This document shows, piece by piece, positions 34,101 to 45,945 of a stretch of DNA of 62,507 nucleotides. Numbering within the stretch: position 1 is the stretch's first letter; the number at the start of each line of letters is the position of its first letter. A program made the translations under genes and the position numbers. Origin of the DNA: Pachysolen tannophilus NRRL Y-2460 (taxonomy: Eukaryota); contig KV454014.1 of assembly GCA_001661245.1 (NCBI GenBank), forward strand, positions 1,383,989 to 1,446,495, given 5' to 3'. The notes under the pieces are model-generated. The model ran no database searches and was not told the DNA's origin. It saw nothing but the letters and a program-made list of their open reading frames with translations.

Positions 34101-34975
34101 CCACCTCTCATAGGCATTATACCACAAGCAGATTCTCCAAAGGGTAAATGTCTTGCTCTATTAACGGGGAAATCTGTGTTTATTGTATATTGAGGATTCT
34201 CGATACTTTTTTCATAATCCCAAAACTTGACAGTTAAATCATTTGAGCATGAAATGATTTCACTTTCATTTATTCTCCCAAAATCTATACCATTTATTCT
34301 ACCATTATGTGCCTCTACTTTATGAACAGGCATTGCCCCTTTCCTAATATCCCATATATAAAAATGACTATCATGAGAACTTGCAATCACGTTTGGATTC
34401 TTGAAATTCCATTTAACTTGAGAAGCACTTGCCCTCCAATCTGCCCATTGAGCTATGGGTCTTTTTGGTGTTCTTAAATCCCAAGCATATACAAATGTAT
34501 CTACTGAACATGTAGCTAACAATTCAGGATTTTCTGGGTGGAAATTTATATCAGTTATAGCCCTATTATGTCCATGTAACACATGTTCTATTGCATTTGA
34601 TGAACTTCTTTCCAAGTTCCAAACCATTGCCTTTTGATTAGAAGTAGATATAACCCATGAAGGTTTAGATTTATGAGGTGACCACTGAACATCCGCAACC
34701 TCCCACGAGGTAACATGGTGCAACCATCTCGGCTGAGAAAATGGATCATCTAAATCTATTATATATAATCCTCGACGTCTATAAATAATATTAGTATATA
34801 AAGAATTGTCCCCATAAAATTATTTAAAATTATAATACACTTACCCAGCAAGTACAGCATCTCTACCACTTGGAGATAACGACATGGCACCAATGTCGCC
34901 ATTCACCCTTAAAGACAAGGTATTGCCAAACGTTATTGAATCATAAGGAGATAATTCATCAACGGCTAATGTCAT
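31169..34975 (-). CDS. MTC5: SEA/GATOR2 complex subunit Mtc5/Sea3 (WDR59); two exons, 34975-34845 and 34778-31169
   Basis: Spliced N-terminus MTLAVDELSPYDSITFGNTLSLRVNG...GRDAVLAG|RRGLYIIDLDDPFSQPRWLHH; WD40 repeats, RWD domain, C-terminal RING-like C..C...CEHVLH..C...W...CPTGCGCHC. Confidence 0.93.
34779..34844 (-). other. Spliceosomal intron of MTC5 (66 nt)
   Basis: GTAAGT donor, TACTAAT branch at 34796-34790, TAG acceptor; removal joins two conserved segments in frame. Confidence 0.9.
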
Positions 34976-35395
34976 CGAAAATTCAAATCAATCAGAAAAA
35001 CAACAATATCTGATAAGATATAATTATTGACTTAATTACTCAAAACCATTGATTGGCTTTAAATTTCTTCAAGTAGAAAATAACAAAAAAAAAAAGACGT
35101 GCTTCAACAAATCACTTTTAAGTTCTTTAATTTATCTCTATTACCGAATTGATTTATATATTATAAATTTTTGAACCCTACTATCTATTGCCCTGAACTT
35201 TTATAAAAGATTAGCCTTTTAAATTTAACTTATAAAGGCTAAGGAAAGAAAAAAAAAAGAAAATGCTATATAAAGAAAAAGTCTTAGAGAGAGAAAAGAA
35301 GAATAAGAAAGAAAGAAAAGAAAGAAAAAAAGAAAAAAAGGCCACTAGAGTGAGTGCCTTTTTCTCTGACTAAGAAAAAAAACAAAAAAAAGAAG

Positions 35396-36130
35396 CTACT
35401 GATTTTCGTTAGAATCGTTATTGACCAAATAGGGTATCGACGATCCTATTAAACCTTCTGAACTTCCCTTAACAGCACTTTCAAATGCAGTACTTGCATT
35501 TTTCAAGTACTGAACTTGATTATGATCATCATGTTTGTAAGGTAAACCGAAAAATTCATGAAATTTATGTCTGCAAAATTCTGTAGACATTTTTTTACCT
35601 CTCATTTTAGAAATTTTGTTGGAAATGTATCTCCATTTATGCATTTCCGCTGAAGCTAGTAATTTTTTCAAAATTAACAAATCTTCTTCGGAGACTGTTT
35701 CTAGAAGTGATAGATCAACCAGTCTAGTAGGATGAGCTTCAAGAGTACTTTGTGATTCATGTTGTTGTTGTTGTTGTACATACTCTTGTATTAGCGGTAA
35801 ATCAGATGTGCTTGAAGGACCAAACAGAAATTCTGTTGGATCGACAATATTATTGTTATTACTATTGTGTGACTGTAAGTCTAATCTAACTGTAGTATTC
35901 TGTGTATCTGATGGTTCTTCGTTTTGAACTTCTTCGTTAATAATCACACTTTCTTGAGGACATATTACTTTTAAATTTTCATTTTCATTTTCATTTTCAT
36001 CTTGTTGTTGTTGTTGTTGTTGTTGTTCCGATGCCGCTGCACTATTTTCAAACGAAGAATTCATGAATGAAGGCGGCATAATGAAGTCATAGTTATAAGC
36101 TTGGTTTCGATTTGTCTTAGAGTTATCCAT
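35396..36130 (-). CDS. Hypothetical protein with a Myb/SANT-like domain and poly-Q tracts
   Basis: EEDLLILKKLL...KWRYISNKI.......STEFCRHKF has Myb-like spacing; the N-terminal region is Q/E/N-rich. Confidence 0.65.
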   Translation of the reverse strand: MDNSKTNRNQAYNYDFIMPPSFMNSSFENSAAASEQQQQQQQQDENENENENLKVICPQESVIINEEVQNEEPSDTQNTTVRLDLQSHNSNNNNIVDPTEFLFGPSSTSDLPLIQEYVQQQQQHESQSTLEAHPTRLVDLSLLETVSEEDLLILKKLLASAEMHKWRYISNKISKMRGKKMSTEFCRHKFHEFFGLPYKHDDHNQVQYLKNASTAFESAVKGSSEGLIGSSIPYLVNNDSNENQ

Positions 36131-37406
36131 TTAACACACTAATGAATGAATTTGACATTCTTGGGCCGAATATTTTGATATCTTTCAAATAAAAGATAAA
36201 CTACTCGAAATAATAATAATTTTTTAATCTTGTTGAAAAATAACATACAAGACATACAAGACATTTTTATATAAAGTACTAATTATAACATATTTTTTAA
36301 TGCGAAATGTGCATTCGACGGTTTAAAAGTCACCGCGTCGGAAGACACTCACATTACGAAAGCGAGACATACTTGTGACTAAAAATCATATGGTAAAAAG
36401 CACCGTTTGTTTTCTGTTCAAAGACATGAAAATGCATTTACATGTAAAGATGGAAAACTACTTTATTTTTTTCAGAATGTCTCTAATCTTCTATTACATA
36501 TTACTACCGTTTCTAGAATAAGTTTTTTGAAAAAAAAGTTTTGCCAAAAAAATTAAAAAATCAGATCATTCTGAAAGCATGTCTTTTATTTTTTTGTTTT
36601 TTTACATAAAAATGACATTATTTTTTTCCACCATTCTTTTGACCAGCCAGTTAAAATATCAATTTATCACGCATAAAAACGTAATTCTTTAACTCGTAGT
36701 TAATAGCGTTATACGACACTTGATTTGAATTTGAGTTAATGTTCTCAAACTCAAACTCAAACTCAAACTCATAAGATATTATTAAAAAGGTAAATGATGC
36801 TTGGAGCACAATGGTATTCCCGGAAAGAGTATTTTTTTTTTTTCCTTTTGGTTTCATGGTTTCATGGTTTCAGAACAGAAAAACAAGCTGACTACAATTT
36901 ATTTGTATCTTTTATTCTCTCTTTCTCTCTCTTTCTATAGTTCCGAATACCTCAAACTTTTTTTTTTTTCACCTCTAAACTCAAAAAAAAAAAGGAAAAA
37001 GAAAAAAAAAAAAGTTCTCGGACTACGTAAATCAGATCTAAATCATAATTTTATATATAATTATTTTTTTTTTTTTTTTTTTTGGTTTTTCTCTTAAGAT
37101 TCCCCAGTTTTATCAAGTGATTTATAAATTCTCTTTCTCTTACTTACCAATAAGCCAAAAAAATAAAAATTTAATATGCAAAGCAAGATAGTAGTCCGTG
37201 AAATATCAAAGATACGGATAATTGAGTAGTGTTTTCCGTGCCAAAAAACCCCAAAAAAAATTTTTGATTTTCAAATTGTTTTGACGCGCCTAGTTAAAAT
37301 TCTTAACTTTAATATGGTAAACAAAAACAATTTTAAACACTTTTTGATACAAGTATTAAATAAATGATTGATTGATTGATTTGATTGATTTGATGAAGTA
37401 AAGATC

Positions 37407-38471
37407 ATGTCATCTTTGGAATCGCCATCGTCTTCTATTTTGAATAGGGCTTGGAATTTGTGTTCTAACTCGTTGAACGAGTTGCCGATTACTAAATTAC
37501 TTGAATTGATTGATAATTTAGAATTAATATCTCATGTTAATATTTTAGATAAAGATAGTAGAGAAATAGCTTCTAAATTTATTGAAAATCATAAAGATGA
37601 AGATTTGGTTATAACTTTGAATGATTTTAGACCATTTTTCGATAAATTGTTTGGGTTTACGCTATCGGAAAAAATTAATAAGAATAGAAATATTTCTCCA
37701 TTTCAACAAAGAAAACAACATTTTAATTCTTCTCCATCATTATTTAATTCAACAGCGCCTCCTAAATTAAATTTTAATACTGATCCAACAACAAATTTTG
37801 TGAATCTGGAATTGATGAAATTGAAAAGAGCTAATGGTCAAAGTGAAGATGAGATTAAATTTAGAGATGATGTTATAAAAGATTTAAATGAAAAAAATGA
37901 AATGTTATCAAATAATTATAAAAATTTTAAAACAAATAATATAAAATTACAAAATAAATTAAGAGATAATGAAGAATATTTGAAAAAATTTGAAGATGAA
38001 TATAGTACAAATGAGAGATTTAATAAATATAAAAAAAATTTTTTAGAACCAATTGATGGTAATAAGATAAAGAATAATGATGATTTGCAATTAAATCAAA
38101 GAGATCAATTAATAATTCAATTAAATGATGAAATAAGAATTCAAAATCAATTAGTAAAATCTTTAATTAAACAAAATACAGAATTACAATCACAAAAAAA
38201 AAATTTTAGTCATAAAGAAACTTTTACAACTTCTTTTGCAAATAATGATAATAATAACAATAATATTAATAATGGTAATTTGAAAAAATTAAATTTTTTG
38301 AAAAAATCATCCTCTGTTATTATATTAAACATAAGATGGATTATATTATTTACATTTTGCATATTATTAATTTTAAGTGCTTTGGAATTTTTAACTGAAT
38401 ATTTTGGCGATAATTTAGAAGATAAGATAGATTTTTTCACAGATTCAATTAGTCAATTCCAAAATTCTTGA
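37407..38471 (+). CDS. Coiled-coil protein with a C-terminal TM helix; Mps2/Csm4-like nuclear-envelope or SPB protein
   Basis: N-terminal ILNRAW...KLLELIDNLE resembles the Mps2 N-terminus; central coiled coil; single TM (WIILFTFCILLILSAL); ACGCG core at 37284-37288 upstream. Confidence 0.55.
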   Translation: MSSLESPSSSILNRAWNLCSNSLNELPITKLLELIDNLELISHVNILDKDSREIASKFIENHKDEDLVITLNDFRPFFDKLFGFTLSEKINKNRNISPFQQRKQHFNSSPSLFNSTAPPKLNFNTDPTTNFVNLELMKLKRANGQSEDEIKFRDDVIKDLNEKNEMLSNNYKNFKTNNIKLQNKLRDNEEYLKKFEDEYSTNERFNKYKKNFLEPIDGNKIKNNDDLQLNQRDQLIIQLNDEIRIQNQLVKSLIKQNTELQSQKKNFSHKETFTTSFANNDNNNNNINNGNLKKLNFLKKSSSVIILNIRWIILFTFCILLILSALEFLTEYFGDNLEDKIDFFTDSISQFQNS

Positions 38472-38588
38472 AATTTAGGCACTTTCTTTTTTTTTTTCTT
38501 TTACATTCATTCAATATTAGCTAATAATTAATAATTTTTGAAATCATTGCATATTAATTATTATTATATCTTTTAATTTTTTTATTTA

Positions 38589-39608
38589 TTATTTTTCCCT
38601 CAGTTTTGAAAAATCATCAGCTACTTTAATGGCATCCAATACAATATCCCAAAATACTTTCATGTTCATGTCATCACCAACTAAGACACCATCATTAGCT
38701 TTTTCTAGCAATAGAACTCTTCCATTATCAACTGTTCCAGCATAACCATGAATGACATCTATTTTATATCTTTTATATTTAAAATCTAATAAATTGCAAT
38801 TTTTATTTTGTAAGTCATAAAACGACAAGAGACAAACAACGGCTAAAGGATCATGAACTGGTGGACCTTTCAAAAACCCCTTATTAAATTTGTAGGCATC
38901 CGCAAATGCAGTAATAATTTCATAAAATAACCTCCTCAATTTTGTAACATTTGGTTCATTCAAAATCAGTTTTTGTATATTATCATAAGCAATTGCCTTG
39001 TGAGTTAAATCCGATGGAATTAAAATGGTCTTTGATGATAAGATAGGATCTGTTAGTACTGTATGTGCAGCATGAGGATCGCACGTAATATTAAATTCCC
39101 CAATTTTCCAAGTTCTTTCGGAGACTGCACCTCCCATTATTGATAAATATTTGATCTTACTTTTGACTTGAGGATACTTAGTTATCAATTTTGCTATATT
39201 AGTTAAAGGTCCAACAGCAACCAACGAGATTTCATTCGGGTAATTATTTATTGCAGATACAACAGTTTTTAACATCTCTTCACTTTTACCTTTAATACCA
39301 ATTTCTGTTTTCGGTAAATAGTTAGATCCACCAAGTCCTAACTCGCCATGTATATGAGGAGCATGCCGTGGATCAAGAACCAATGGACTATCAAAACCTT
39401 GATAAACTGGAACATCTGTCCTATTCAATGCTGTCATCAATGACAATGCATTATTAGTAGTATTTGTTAATGAGGAATTGCCATGAACAGTGGAAATTCC
39501 CAAGAGTTTAAACTCATCATGGAATGCAGCAACTAATATTGCAACTGCGTCATCGTTCCCCGGATCACAATCTAACCATAACGGTACTTTAATGCTTTTT
39601 TCTGCCAT
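38589..39608 (-). CDS. URH1: Uridine/ribosylpyrimidine nucleosidase (IU-nucleoside hydrolase family)
   Basis: WLDCDPGNDDA aspartate motif, STVHGN, GPLTNIA, EFNI..DP.AA and GPPVHDPLA. Confidence 0.9.
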   Translation of the reverse strand: MAEKSIKVPLWLDCDPGNDDAVAILVAAFHDEFKLLGISTVHGNSSLTNTTNNALSLMTALNRTDVPVYQGFDSPLVLDPRHAPHIHGELGLGGSNYLPKTEIGIKGKSEEMLKTVVSAINNYPNEISLVAVGPLTNIAKLITKYPQVKSKIKYLSIMGGAVSERTWKIGEFNITCDPHAAHTVLTDPILSSKTILIPSDLTHKAIAYDNIQKLILNEPNVTKLRRLFYEIITAFADAYKFNKGFLKGPPVHDPLAVVCLLSFYDLQNKNCNLLDFKYKRYKIDVIHGYAGTVDNGRVLLLEKANDGVLVGDDMNMKVFWDIVLDAIKVADDFSKLREK

Positions 39609-39969
39609 TATCCATCACCAATTAACAAGTTGAAAAAATTCAAATCTCAATACCATTATTTTCAATTTATTATCTAAGGTTTCGGCAAATTTCTTAAGCC
39701 GCATATAAGAAAAGACTATTACTACTTACTACTTTCAGAATAAATTAAAAAAATTGTATATAATTAAATAATTAGTATTAAATATTAAAATAATAAGATT
39801 CGTTAAAGATCATAAAATAAAAAAAAAAAAAAAATAATTAGTTTTGCAAGTTCATAAAAATGGCAACGTAGAATAACATATAATAATGATTAAAAATTAA
39901 AAAAAAAAATAATAAATATTAATTGGGGAAATCGAATATTTTTTTTCTTTGGAGATTCAAATCAACCTT

Positions 39970-40848
39970 TCAAACTCTTGCATTCCAAAACTTTTTACCT
40001 TTTGGTTTAACTGCAAAAGGACTGTAAGTGGTTGGAACAACAATGAAAGAGTTTGATTTAGAACTCAAACCAACAAAGGCTACGTAGAAACAACAAACAG
40101 CTGAGATAAATGCAAATACAGCTGAAGCCTTTTGACAACCAAGACTACCTCCGAATGTAGCAATAGTCAATAATAAGAAAAACAACCAAACACAAAAAGT
40201 CAAAGCGAATATTGGTAATGTAGATTTAAATGTAACAATCCAAGTATATAAAGCGAAAATTGTCCAGGCAGATAAGTAAAAACCAAGAGCACTGTCAAGT
40301 TCTGTAGTACTATCGTAAGCGCTTACAACGTCAAAACCAGCGCATAAAGTAGCACCATAAGAACCAAAGAATCCGGCATAACATAATAAAATTGTTGCTG
40401 CATAAGTGTTTTCTAATACGATACACCAAATACCTGTAATAATTTGAATTAAACATGATAAAAATAAAAATGGACCAATAACAATAGCATCGTTGGTAAC
40501 ATGTCTAGTTCTGAATAACAACAATGATAATGTAAACAAGGAAATACCAAGTGAACTAATACCTGCTGGAACTGGATTAGCAAACTTTCTTGATGGTTTT
40601 TCATTATAGCCAGTATTCAAATTACCAGTGAAAGGATACATGTAATTTCTTTCATCTACTGGTTCTTCATAAGTAACATAACCTGCGAAGTTGTTAACAT
40701 TAAATCTGCCATATGGAGTTGGGTTATAGTAAGGATTGTCGTTGACGGCAGCACCATCGTTAAAGTTCGATGGTTGTTCTTCATTGGAAACAACCTTAGG
40801 CTCATCTTGAGAAGCAGCTGCAGTTTGGAGATCGTCGTGTTCAGACAT
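39970..40848 (-). CDS. GPR1/FUN34/YaaH (Ato/Ady2) acetate-transporter family protein
   Basis: RKFANPVPAG signature followed by six hydrophobic helices. Confidence 0.88.
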   Translation of the reverse strand: MSEHDDLQTAAASQDEPKVVSNEEQPSNFNDGAAVNDNPYYNPTPYGRFNVNNFAGYVTYEEPVDERNYMYPFTGNLNTGYNEKPSRKFANPVPAGISSLGISLFTLSLLLFRTRHVTNDAIVIGPFLFLSCLIQIITGIWCIVLENTYAATILLCYAGFFGSYGATLCAGFDVVSAYDSTTELDSALGFYLSAWTIFALYTWIVTFKSTLPIFALTFCVWLFFLLLTIATFGGSLGCQKASAVFAFISAVCCFYVAFVGLSSKSNSFIVVPTTYSPFAVKPKGKKFWNARV

Positions 40849-41682
40849 GTCGTTTTTTAATTTTTTTTCAAGTAAATATTAGTTTTGATTAATGATATTT
40901 TCTTGTGTAATAAGAAGTCCAGAATCAATGATAAAATAATAATAAAAATAATGAAAACTACAGAAAAACAGCTACTTAAATATCATTTTCAATTCTTTCT
41001 CCTTGTTTAAAGATTTTCAGTTTGAACCTAAGAGTGAACCCTTAAGTTACCGTTCCTAAAATAAAAATGAATAAAATGAAAATTTTTTAAAAAAATATTT
41101 AACTATATTTTGATAAATGGTAACACTAAAACTCAATTCCAAAGTCAATTTCCATCATCTCGAACCTCCGCTTCATCCCGTTATATTACTTTACAGTACT
41201 GTTAAGACATTCTTTACTCATAAAAGTTAACAACATTCATGTCTGAAGACTTTGTTTCTGATCATTCGATTAACTGAATTACACGAAATGAAGTGATTTT
41301 TCAATAGTTCACCAAAAAAAATTTTTAAAAAAATGCAAGTTCATGCATATTTCTGCAGATGAGAATAAACATACCATTAAAGATTACATTAGGATATAAT
41401 ATCATCTACTCTGGGTTAAACAGTAATTGAGTTAGCCAATTAGTTTTCACCTAAGAGTCATAACAACTCCGTATTGGTATAATATTTCAAAAAAGAGATT
41501 CAGGGGGATATAACTATAGTTAAATTATTCTAGTTTACTTTACAGTCTTCAATATATAATTACGTAACATATAACAAGTATTGAAAACCCACCCAAAATA
41601 GAAATAAAAAAAGAGAAAAAGAAAAAAAAACAAGAAAAAAAATTACATCGAACCATAATTCCCAAAGGAGGTAATGACTTAA

Positions 41683-42573
41683 TTAACCTTCGAGAGCATA
41701 ACCGAGTTGAACATTTTCAAATTTTTTTGTTAATGCAATTAATTTCTCTTTTAAAAGATTCAAATTTTCATTATCACTTTTCAAATCCGGTAACCAGTCA
41801 GCAATACCATGTTGTAAGATACCTTTTGCTCTTGAATCGCCATGATTAACACGACCATAGCTACCGTGTAAGGTTATTCTTAAATTTTTTGAAGAATACA
41901 GAGCTCTGTGAAGAATATTATTATTATAGAACACAAGATCACCGGGAGCTAATTCAACTGTTATTTGACCTTGAATGAATTCTTTTCGATTGTCATTAGT
42001 AGTCTTCTTTCTCTCTTCAGGTGTTCTGATACGATTATGAGATTTTGGTACCACAATTAAACAATTATCCTCTAGTAAGGCCAAATTAAACTGAGCACCA
42101 TCATATTGGTCCTTTAATAATAGTTCCAGTTCTTCTTCTTCGGAAACTTCTGGTTTAATTGTATCTCTATGCCAGTCTAATTCAAAATCAGTCAACGGGT
42201 TTATAAGCATATTTAACAACTCCATTGATAAACCATACTTGTCTGTTTTCAATATATCTCCAGCAACGGCTAAGATTTTGTCACTCGCATAAAAATCATG
42301 GAACGGCTTAGATAATTCACCCAACTCCGGATGTAATAAACCTGTAATACCCCAAATATCTGGAGTAAAGTCCTTTGGCCATGGTGGGAACTGTTTCCCT
42401 CTAGTTCTGGCATGTGGCCATTTTCCCTCTCTAGTGTATTTAATTAAATCTTCTGAAGCTTTCCTATATTGTGCAATTTCTTCTGCTGTTAGAAATTGAC
42501 GAATAATAGTGAACCCATTCTCCGCTATTTCTTCATGATACTTGTGCAATGTTGTAGATGGCATTTTACTCAT
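41683..42573 (-). CDS. Phytanoyl-CoA dioxygenase (PhyH)-family Fe(II)/2-oxoglutarate dioxygenase
   Basis: ENGF.II..FL start, WHRD (HxD), VVPKSH, and L.PGD.VF....LHR (distal His). Confidence 0.85.
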   Translation of the reverse strand: MSKMPSTTLHKYHEEIAENGFTIIRQFLTAEEIAQYRKASEDLIKYTREGKWPHARTRGKQFPPWPKDFTPDIWGITGLLHPELGELSKPFHDFYASDKILAVAGDILKTDKYGLSMELLNMLINPLTDFELDWHRDTIKPEVSEEEELELLLKDQYDGAQFNLALLEDNCLIVVPKSHNRIRTPEERKKTTNDNRKEFIQGQITVELAPGDLVFYNNNILHRALYSSKNLRITLHGSYGRVNHGDSRAKGILQHGIADWLPDLKSDNENLNLLKEKLIALTKKFENVQLGYALEG

Positions 42574-43071
42574 ATAAAATATAATTTTTATTTAGCTTTA
42601 ATTAAATTAATAAATTGTAAAATTATTAACTCAACCGAGAGAAGTTAACCCATTTATTTGATTCTGATTGAACCGAAATTAAAACAATTAAATATCTAGT
42701 TATTTGATTTGTAAATTAAAATAACTGAATACTTATCTCTCATTTAACTTGTTGTCTTTTAACCGTCTTGAGATAAATTTGGTTCGAGGTGACATTTTCT
42801 GAACCTTGGTGCACTTGATGCACTGATTAGCCAGAATGTAACCGTACAAAAAACATAATGCAACATTAAGACAGCCGCAGACATAATCTCATATTGTTCT
42901 TTCTTTTTTTTCAGATTGATTGGTATTAAACATTTAGATGATAAGACGAAAAGATTATTTGAAAGATCAATAACCACTTGCCGAAGCAAAATTTTATTAT
43001 TGAAATTGCTTGAAAAGTTATTAATTTCTTCTTATCAAGTTTTTTCTTCAAGAGGCCAGAAAAAAAAAATA

Positions 43072-44145
43072 ATGATTTATTCATTGAATTGGGGTATTAT
43101 AGGTGCTGGTAACATTTCCGGTCAATTCGTACATGACTTATGTATGAATAACGCTAATTCTACTGATTTCAAACATATTATTAGATCAATTGGTTCATCT
43201 TCAAAGGACAAAGGTGAAAAATTTATTGCTGAGCATTCAATTTTTGATAAAAACAATTTCCATATTAGGCCAGTTGCTGAAACATATGAAGAAGTTTTCA
43301 ATAACGAACAAGTTAATATTGTATACTTGGGAACTCCGCATCCGTTTCACAAACAACAAGCAATTCAAGCCTTCAATTGTGGAAAACATGTTTTATGCGA
43401 AAAACCGGCTACCATTAATGCTAATGATTTAACTGAATTGATTCAATTAGCGAAATCTAAAAATCTTTTTTTTATGGAGGCCGTTTGGACAAGGTTTTTC
43501 CCTTCAATTGATTTGATTAAAAACTATATTTTTTGTGAACAAATATTGGGTGAAACTCGGCGATTATTTGTTGACTTCAGTTACGATGAAGAAATAGAAA
43601 AATTACCTCCAACTTCAAGAGTTCGTGATATCAACTTGGGCGGTGGTGCATTGTTAGATATTGGTATTTATACCATTACTTACGCACGTATTTTGTTAGA
43701 CGATAAATTAGCACCTTTTAATACAGATTTCCAAATTAAGGCGGCACTAATGATTGATAAAGTTGATAAAGTTGATTATTTATGTTCTATCTTACTAAAC
43801 TACGAAACTGGCAAACATGCAGTTTTGACTGCTTCAAATATTTTGAAAGGTAAAGAACCTTTCCTTAGATTAGAAGGTACTAAGGGACAATTAGAAATAT
43901 TCAGTTCTAATCCACTGGCGCCAAAAAAGTTTAAGATTATTTTTAATGATGGTTCAAAACCTATTGAATATGAAGATGAAAGTAGTTATCTTGGTTTTAT
44001 ATACGAGGCAAATGCAATCGCGAAGGATATAGCAGAGTCAAATATAGAAAACTCACTTATGCCTACACAGGAGTCACTTTTAGTTATGAAGATTATGGAT
44101 GAAGTAAGAAAACAAAACGGGTTGGTTTATCCTCAAGAAAAATAA
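43072..44145 (+). CDS. Gfo/Idh/MocA oxidoreductase (dihydrodiol / D-xylose 1-dehydrogenase NADP+-like)
   Basis: WGIIGAGNIS, VYLGTPHPFH, KHVLCEKP, FFMEAVWTRFFP and GGGALLDIGIY. ATG at 43072 (track start is TTG). Confidence 0.92.
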   Translation: MIYSLNWGIIGAGNISGQFVHDLCMNNANSTDFKHIIRSIGSSSKDKGEKFIAEHSIFDKNNFHIRPVAETYEEVFNNEQVNIVYLGTPHPFHKQQAIQAFNCGKHVLCEKPATINANDLTELIQLAKSKNLFFMEAVWTRFFPSIDLIKNYIFCEQILGETRRLFVDFSYDEEIEKLPPTSRVRDINLGGGALLDIGIYTITYARILLDDKLAPFNTDFQIKAALMIDKVDKVDYLCSILLNYETGKHAVLTASNILKGKEPFLRLEGTKGQLEIFSSNPLAPKKFKIIFNDGSKPIEYEDESSYLGFIYEANAIAKDIAESNIENSLMPTQESLLVMKIMDEVRKQNGLVYPQEK

Positions 44146-44283
44146 TATAATTTTTTTTTATTTTATTAGATCTATTTGAAGTTATAGTTATAAATTATCC
44201 TCAACCATCAGTGGTGGGCTCTTTTTTTTTTTTTACAAAAAGAATAAATAAATTTCAAAAAATATAGTTTCACAGATTTATAT

Positions 44284-45516
44284 TCAACCAAAACACCAAA
44301 ATCCGTTGTTTATCCATTTAATATCTTCATTAGTTCCTTTTTTGCCAAAATCTTTCAACATTGGCAAAAAGTTTTTGTTAGAAGTATCTAATTTCCAGCC
44401 ACTACTGATAAGTTGATTCATGATAAATTCTGTAGTTTTTGCATCTTTTGTACAAATGTCAGCAGTGGTAATGGAAAGCTTAATTGAATTTACATGGGAA
44501 AATTTCAAAAATGAATAGTTTTGGAAACTGTCTTTCAAGAAATTTAGCAAATAATTTATATCTTTCAGTAATATTTCTCTTTCAGTTTCAATTTCTGAAT
44601 TCAAATTGGTGAAAAGCTTAGGTAATAATAATCCAGAATAATCCAAAGCACCACAAAAAATAACAAAAGTTTCCTTGCCAATAGTACTATCTTTTATTCT
44701 CAAGCCAATATATTTGTAAGATCTATCGTAGTAAGAACTTACAGTTTTATCTCTTACATAAAAATTGTGAATTGTAGGAGAAGATAAATTAGTAGATCTT
44801 GTAAAGATACCATTGTCGTTTTCATTAATGTATGAAACGTAATCTTGACCAGAGAAAAAGTCAGTAATATTTGAAATATCACCATGTTTCAATGGAATCA
44901 AGTCAACACCAGGATATTCTTGTAGCTCTTGATTTTCTAAAGAGTTGAATTCATGTTGTTTCTCGGCTGGTACAGGTTCTTCGTAAATTAACCAATTCAT
45001 CTCAGGATAGCTTTTAAAACCAAACCTAGCATAATATTCGGAAACTCCAGAATATAAGCTCCAAAAATAATTATATTTGCCTTTAAGTAAATATTCATTA
45101 AGATACTTGTCAGTTTCATCATTATCAGAAAGAGGACATTCAAATTCATATCCTTCAATTTCATATTTTTTGATACATTCACTAATCATATAGCCAGCAA
45201 ACCCTTTTTTTCTATATTTTGGATTTGTATGAACGTTACCAATTAACAAATTGCAGTTTTTCACGTTTCCCGGTTTATACATTATTCTGAAGGAGCAGAT
45301 TATCTCGTCATTATTGGAACTGTCAATCATATAAAATTGATGCCATGGCTCTTGAGAGATATCAGCAACTTCACATTCTGTAATTACAAATACTTCTGAC
45401 GGTAAATTACCTTTAAAATCAATAGAAGTTGAAGTGATTACATCACGTAGCAACAATTTCTTCTCTGGATAATCAGAAGAGTTGATCTGTTTGATTGGGT
45501 ACTTTGAGTAGTCCAT
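44284..45516 (-). CDS. GNAT-family N-acetyltransferase (Lyc1-like)
   Basis: Acetyl-CoA motif A (IGNVHTNPKYRKKGFAG) and motif B (SLYSGVSEYYARFGF). ATG at 45516. Confidence 0.75.
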   Translation of the reverse strand: MDYSKYPIKQINSSDYPEKKLLLRDVITSTSIDFKGNLPSEVFVITECEVADISQEPWHQFYMIDSSNNDEIICSFRIMYKPGNVKNCNLLIGNVHTNPKYRKKGFAGYMISECIKKYEIEGYEFECPLSDNDETDKYLNEYLLKGKYNYFWSLYSGVSEYYARFGFKSYPEMNWLIYEEPVPAEKQHEFNSLENQELQEYPGVDLIPLKHGDISNITDFFSGQDYVSYINENDNGIFTRSTNLSSPTIHNFYVRDKTVSSYYDRSYKYIGLRIKDSTIGKETFVIFCGALDYSGLLLPKLFTNLNSEIETEREILLKDINYLLNFLKDSFQNYSFLKFSHVNSIKLSITTADICTKDAKTTEFIMNQLISSGWKLDTSNKNFLPMLKDFGKKGTNEDIKWINNGFWCFG

Positions 45517-45803
45517 ATTACTAGCCAAGATTGTTACTACTTCTAAAATTTTAAAATTCAATTTGTAGTTATTCAACTTGAAAACAATAGCAAAAATAGA
45601 CCAAGATTGATAAAAATAAATCGAGATATAATAATAATAATAATAATAATAATACTTGTACTTCGTTTTTTCACCACCATGTTCTTCCTACGATCGGGGT
45701 ATAAAACATTGAAACTTAGTGTGAGCCGCTTCGGAGTTTTCTTATTAACGAAATCGCAAATAATACAACGTTACATGCTTGAAAAACTATTTTTTTACAT
45801 GCC

Positions 45804-45830
45804 GATAACAAGATAAGCGATAAAGATAAG
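45804..45830 (+). promoter_or_regulatory. Four tandem GATAA sites in the GNAT / sugar-porter divergent promoter
   Basis: GATAA at 45804, 45812, 45819 and 45825 within 27 bp. Confidence 0.65.
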
Positions 45831-45945
45831 ACTTGCATTTACCAGTAATAGTATATATGTACGGACCTATTCGAAGAAATCTGCAAAAGATGAATTTTTT
45901 TTCCATTAAAATAGAGAGCTAAGAAATTTAGTAATACTACAGAAG

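Noticed and set aside
14939..41048. Identical 13-mer GAACCCTTAAGTT upstream of HSP12 and of the ATO gene (ZRE-like)
   Set aside because: One mismatch to the Zap1 consensus, and a single shared 13-mer is expected by chance in 62 kb of AT-rich DNA.
1803..45652. Poly-A/T tracts and microsatellites ((TA)n near 2003, (TCAAAC)n near 36745, (GATT)n near 37366, (TAA)n near 45629)
   Set aside because: Ordinary low-complexity sequence for an AT-rich yeast genome.
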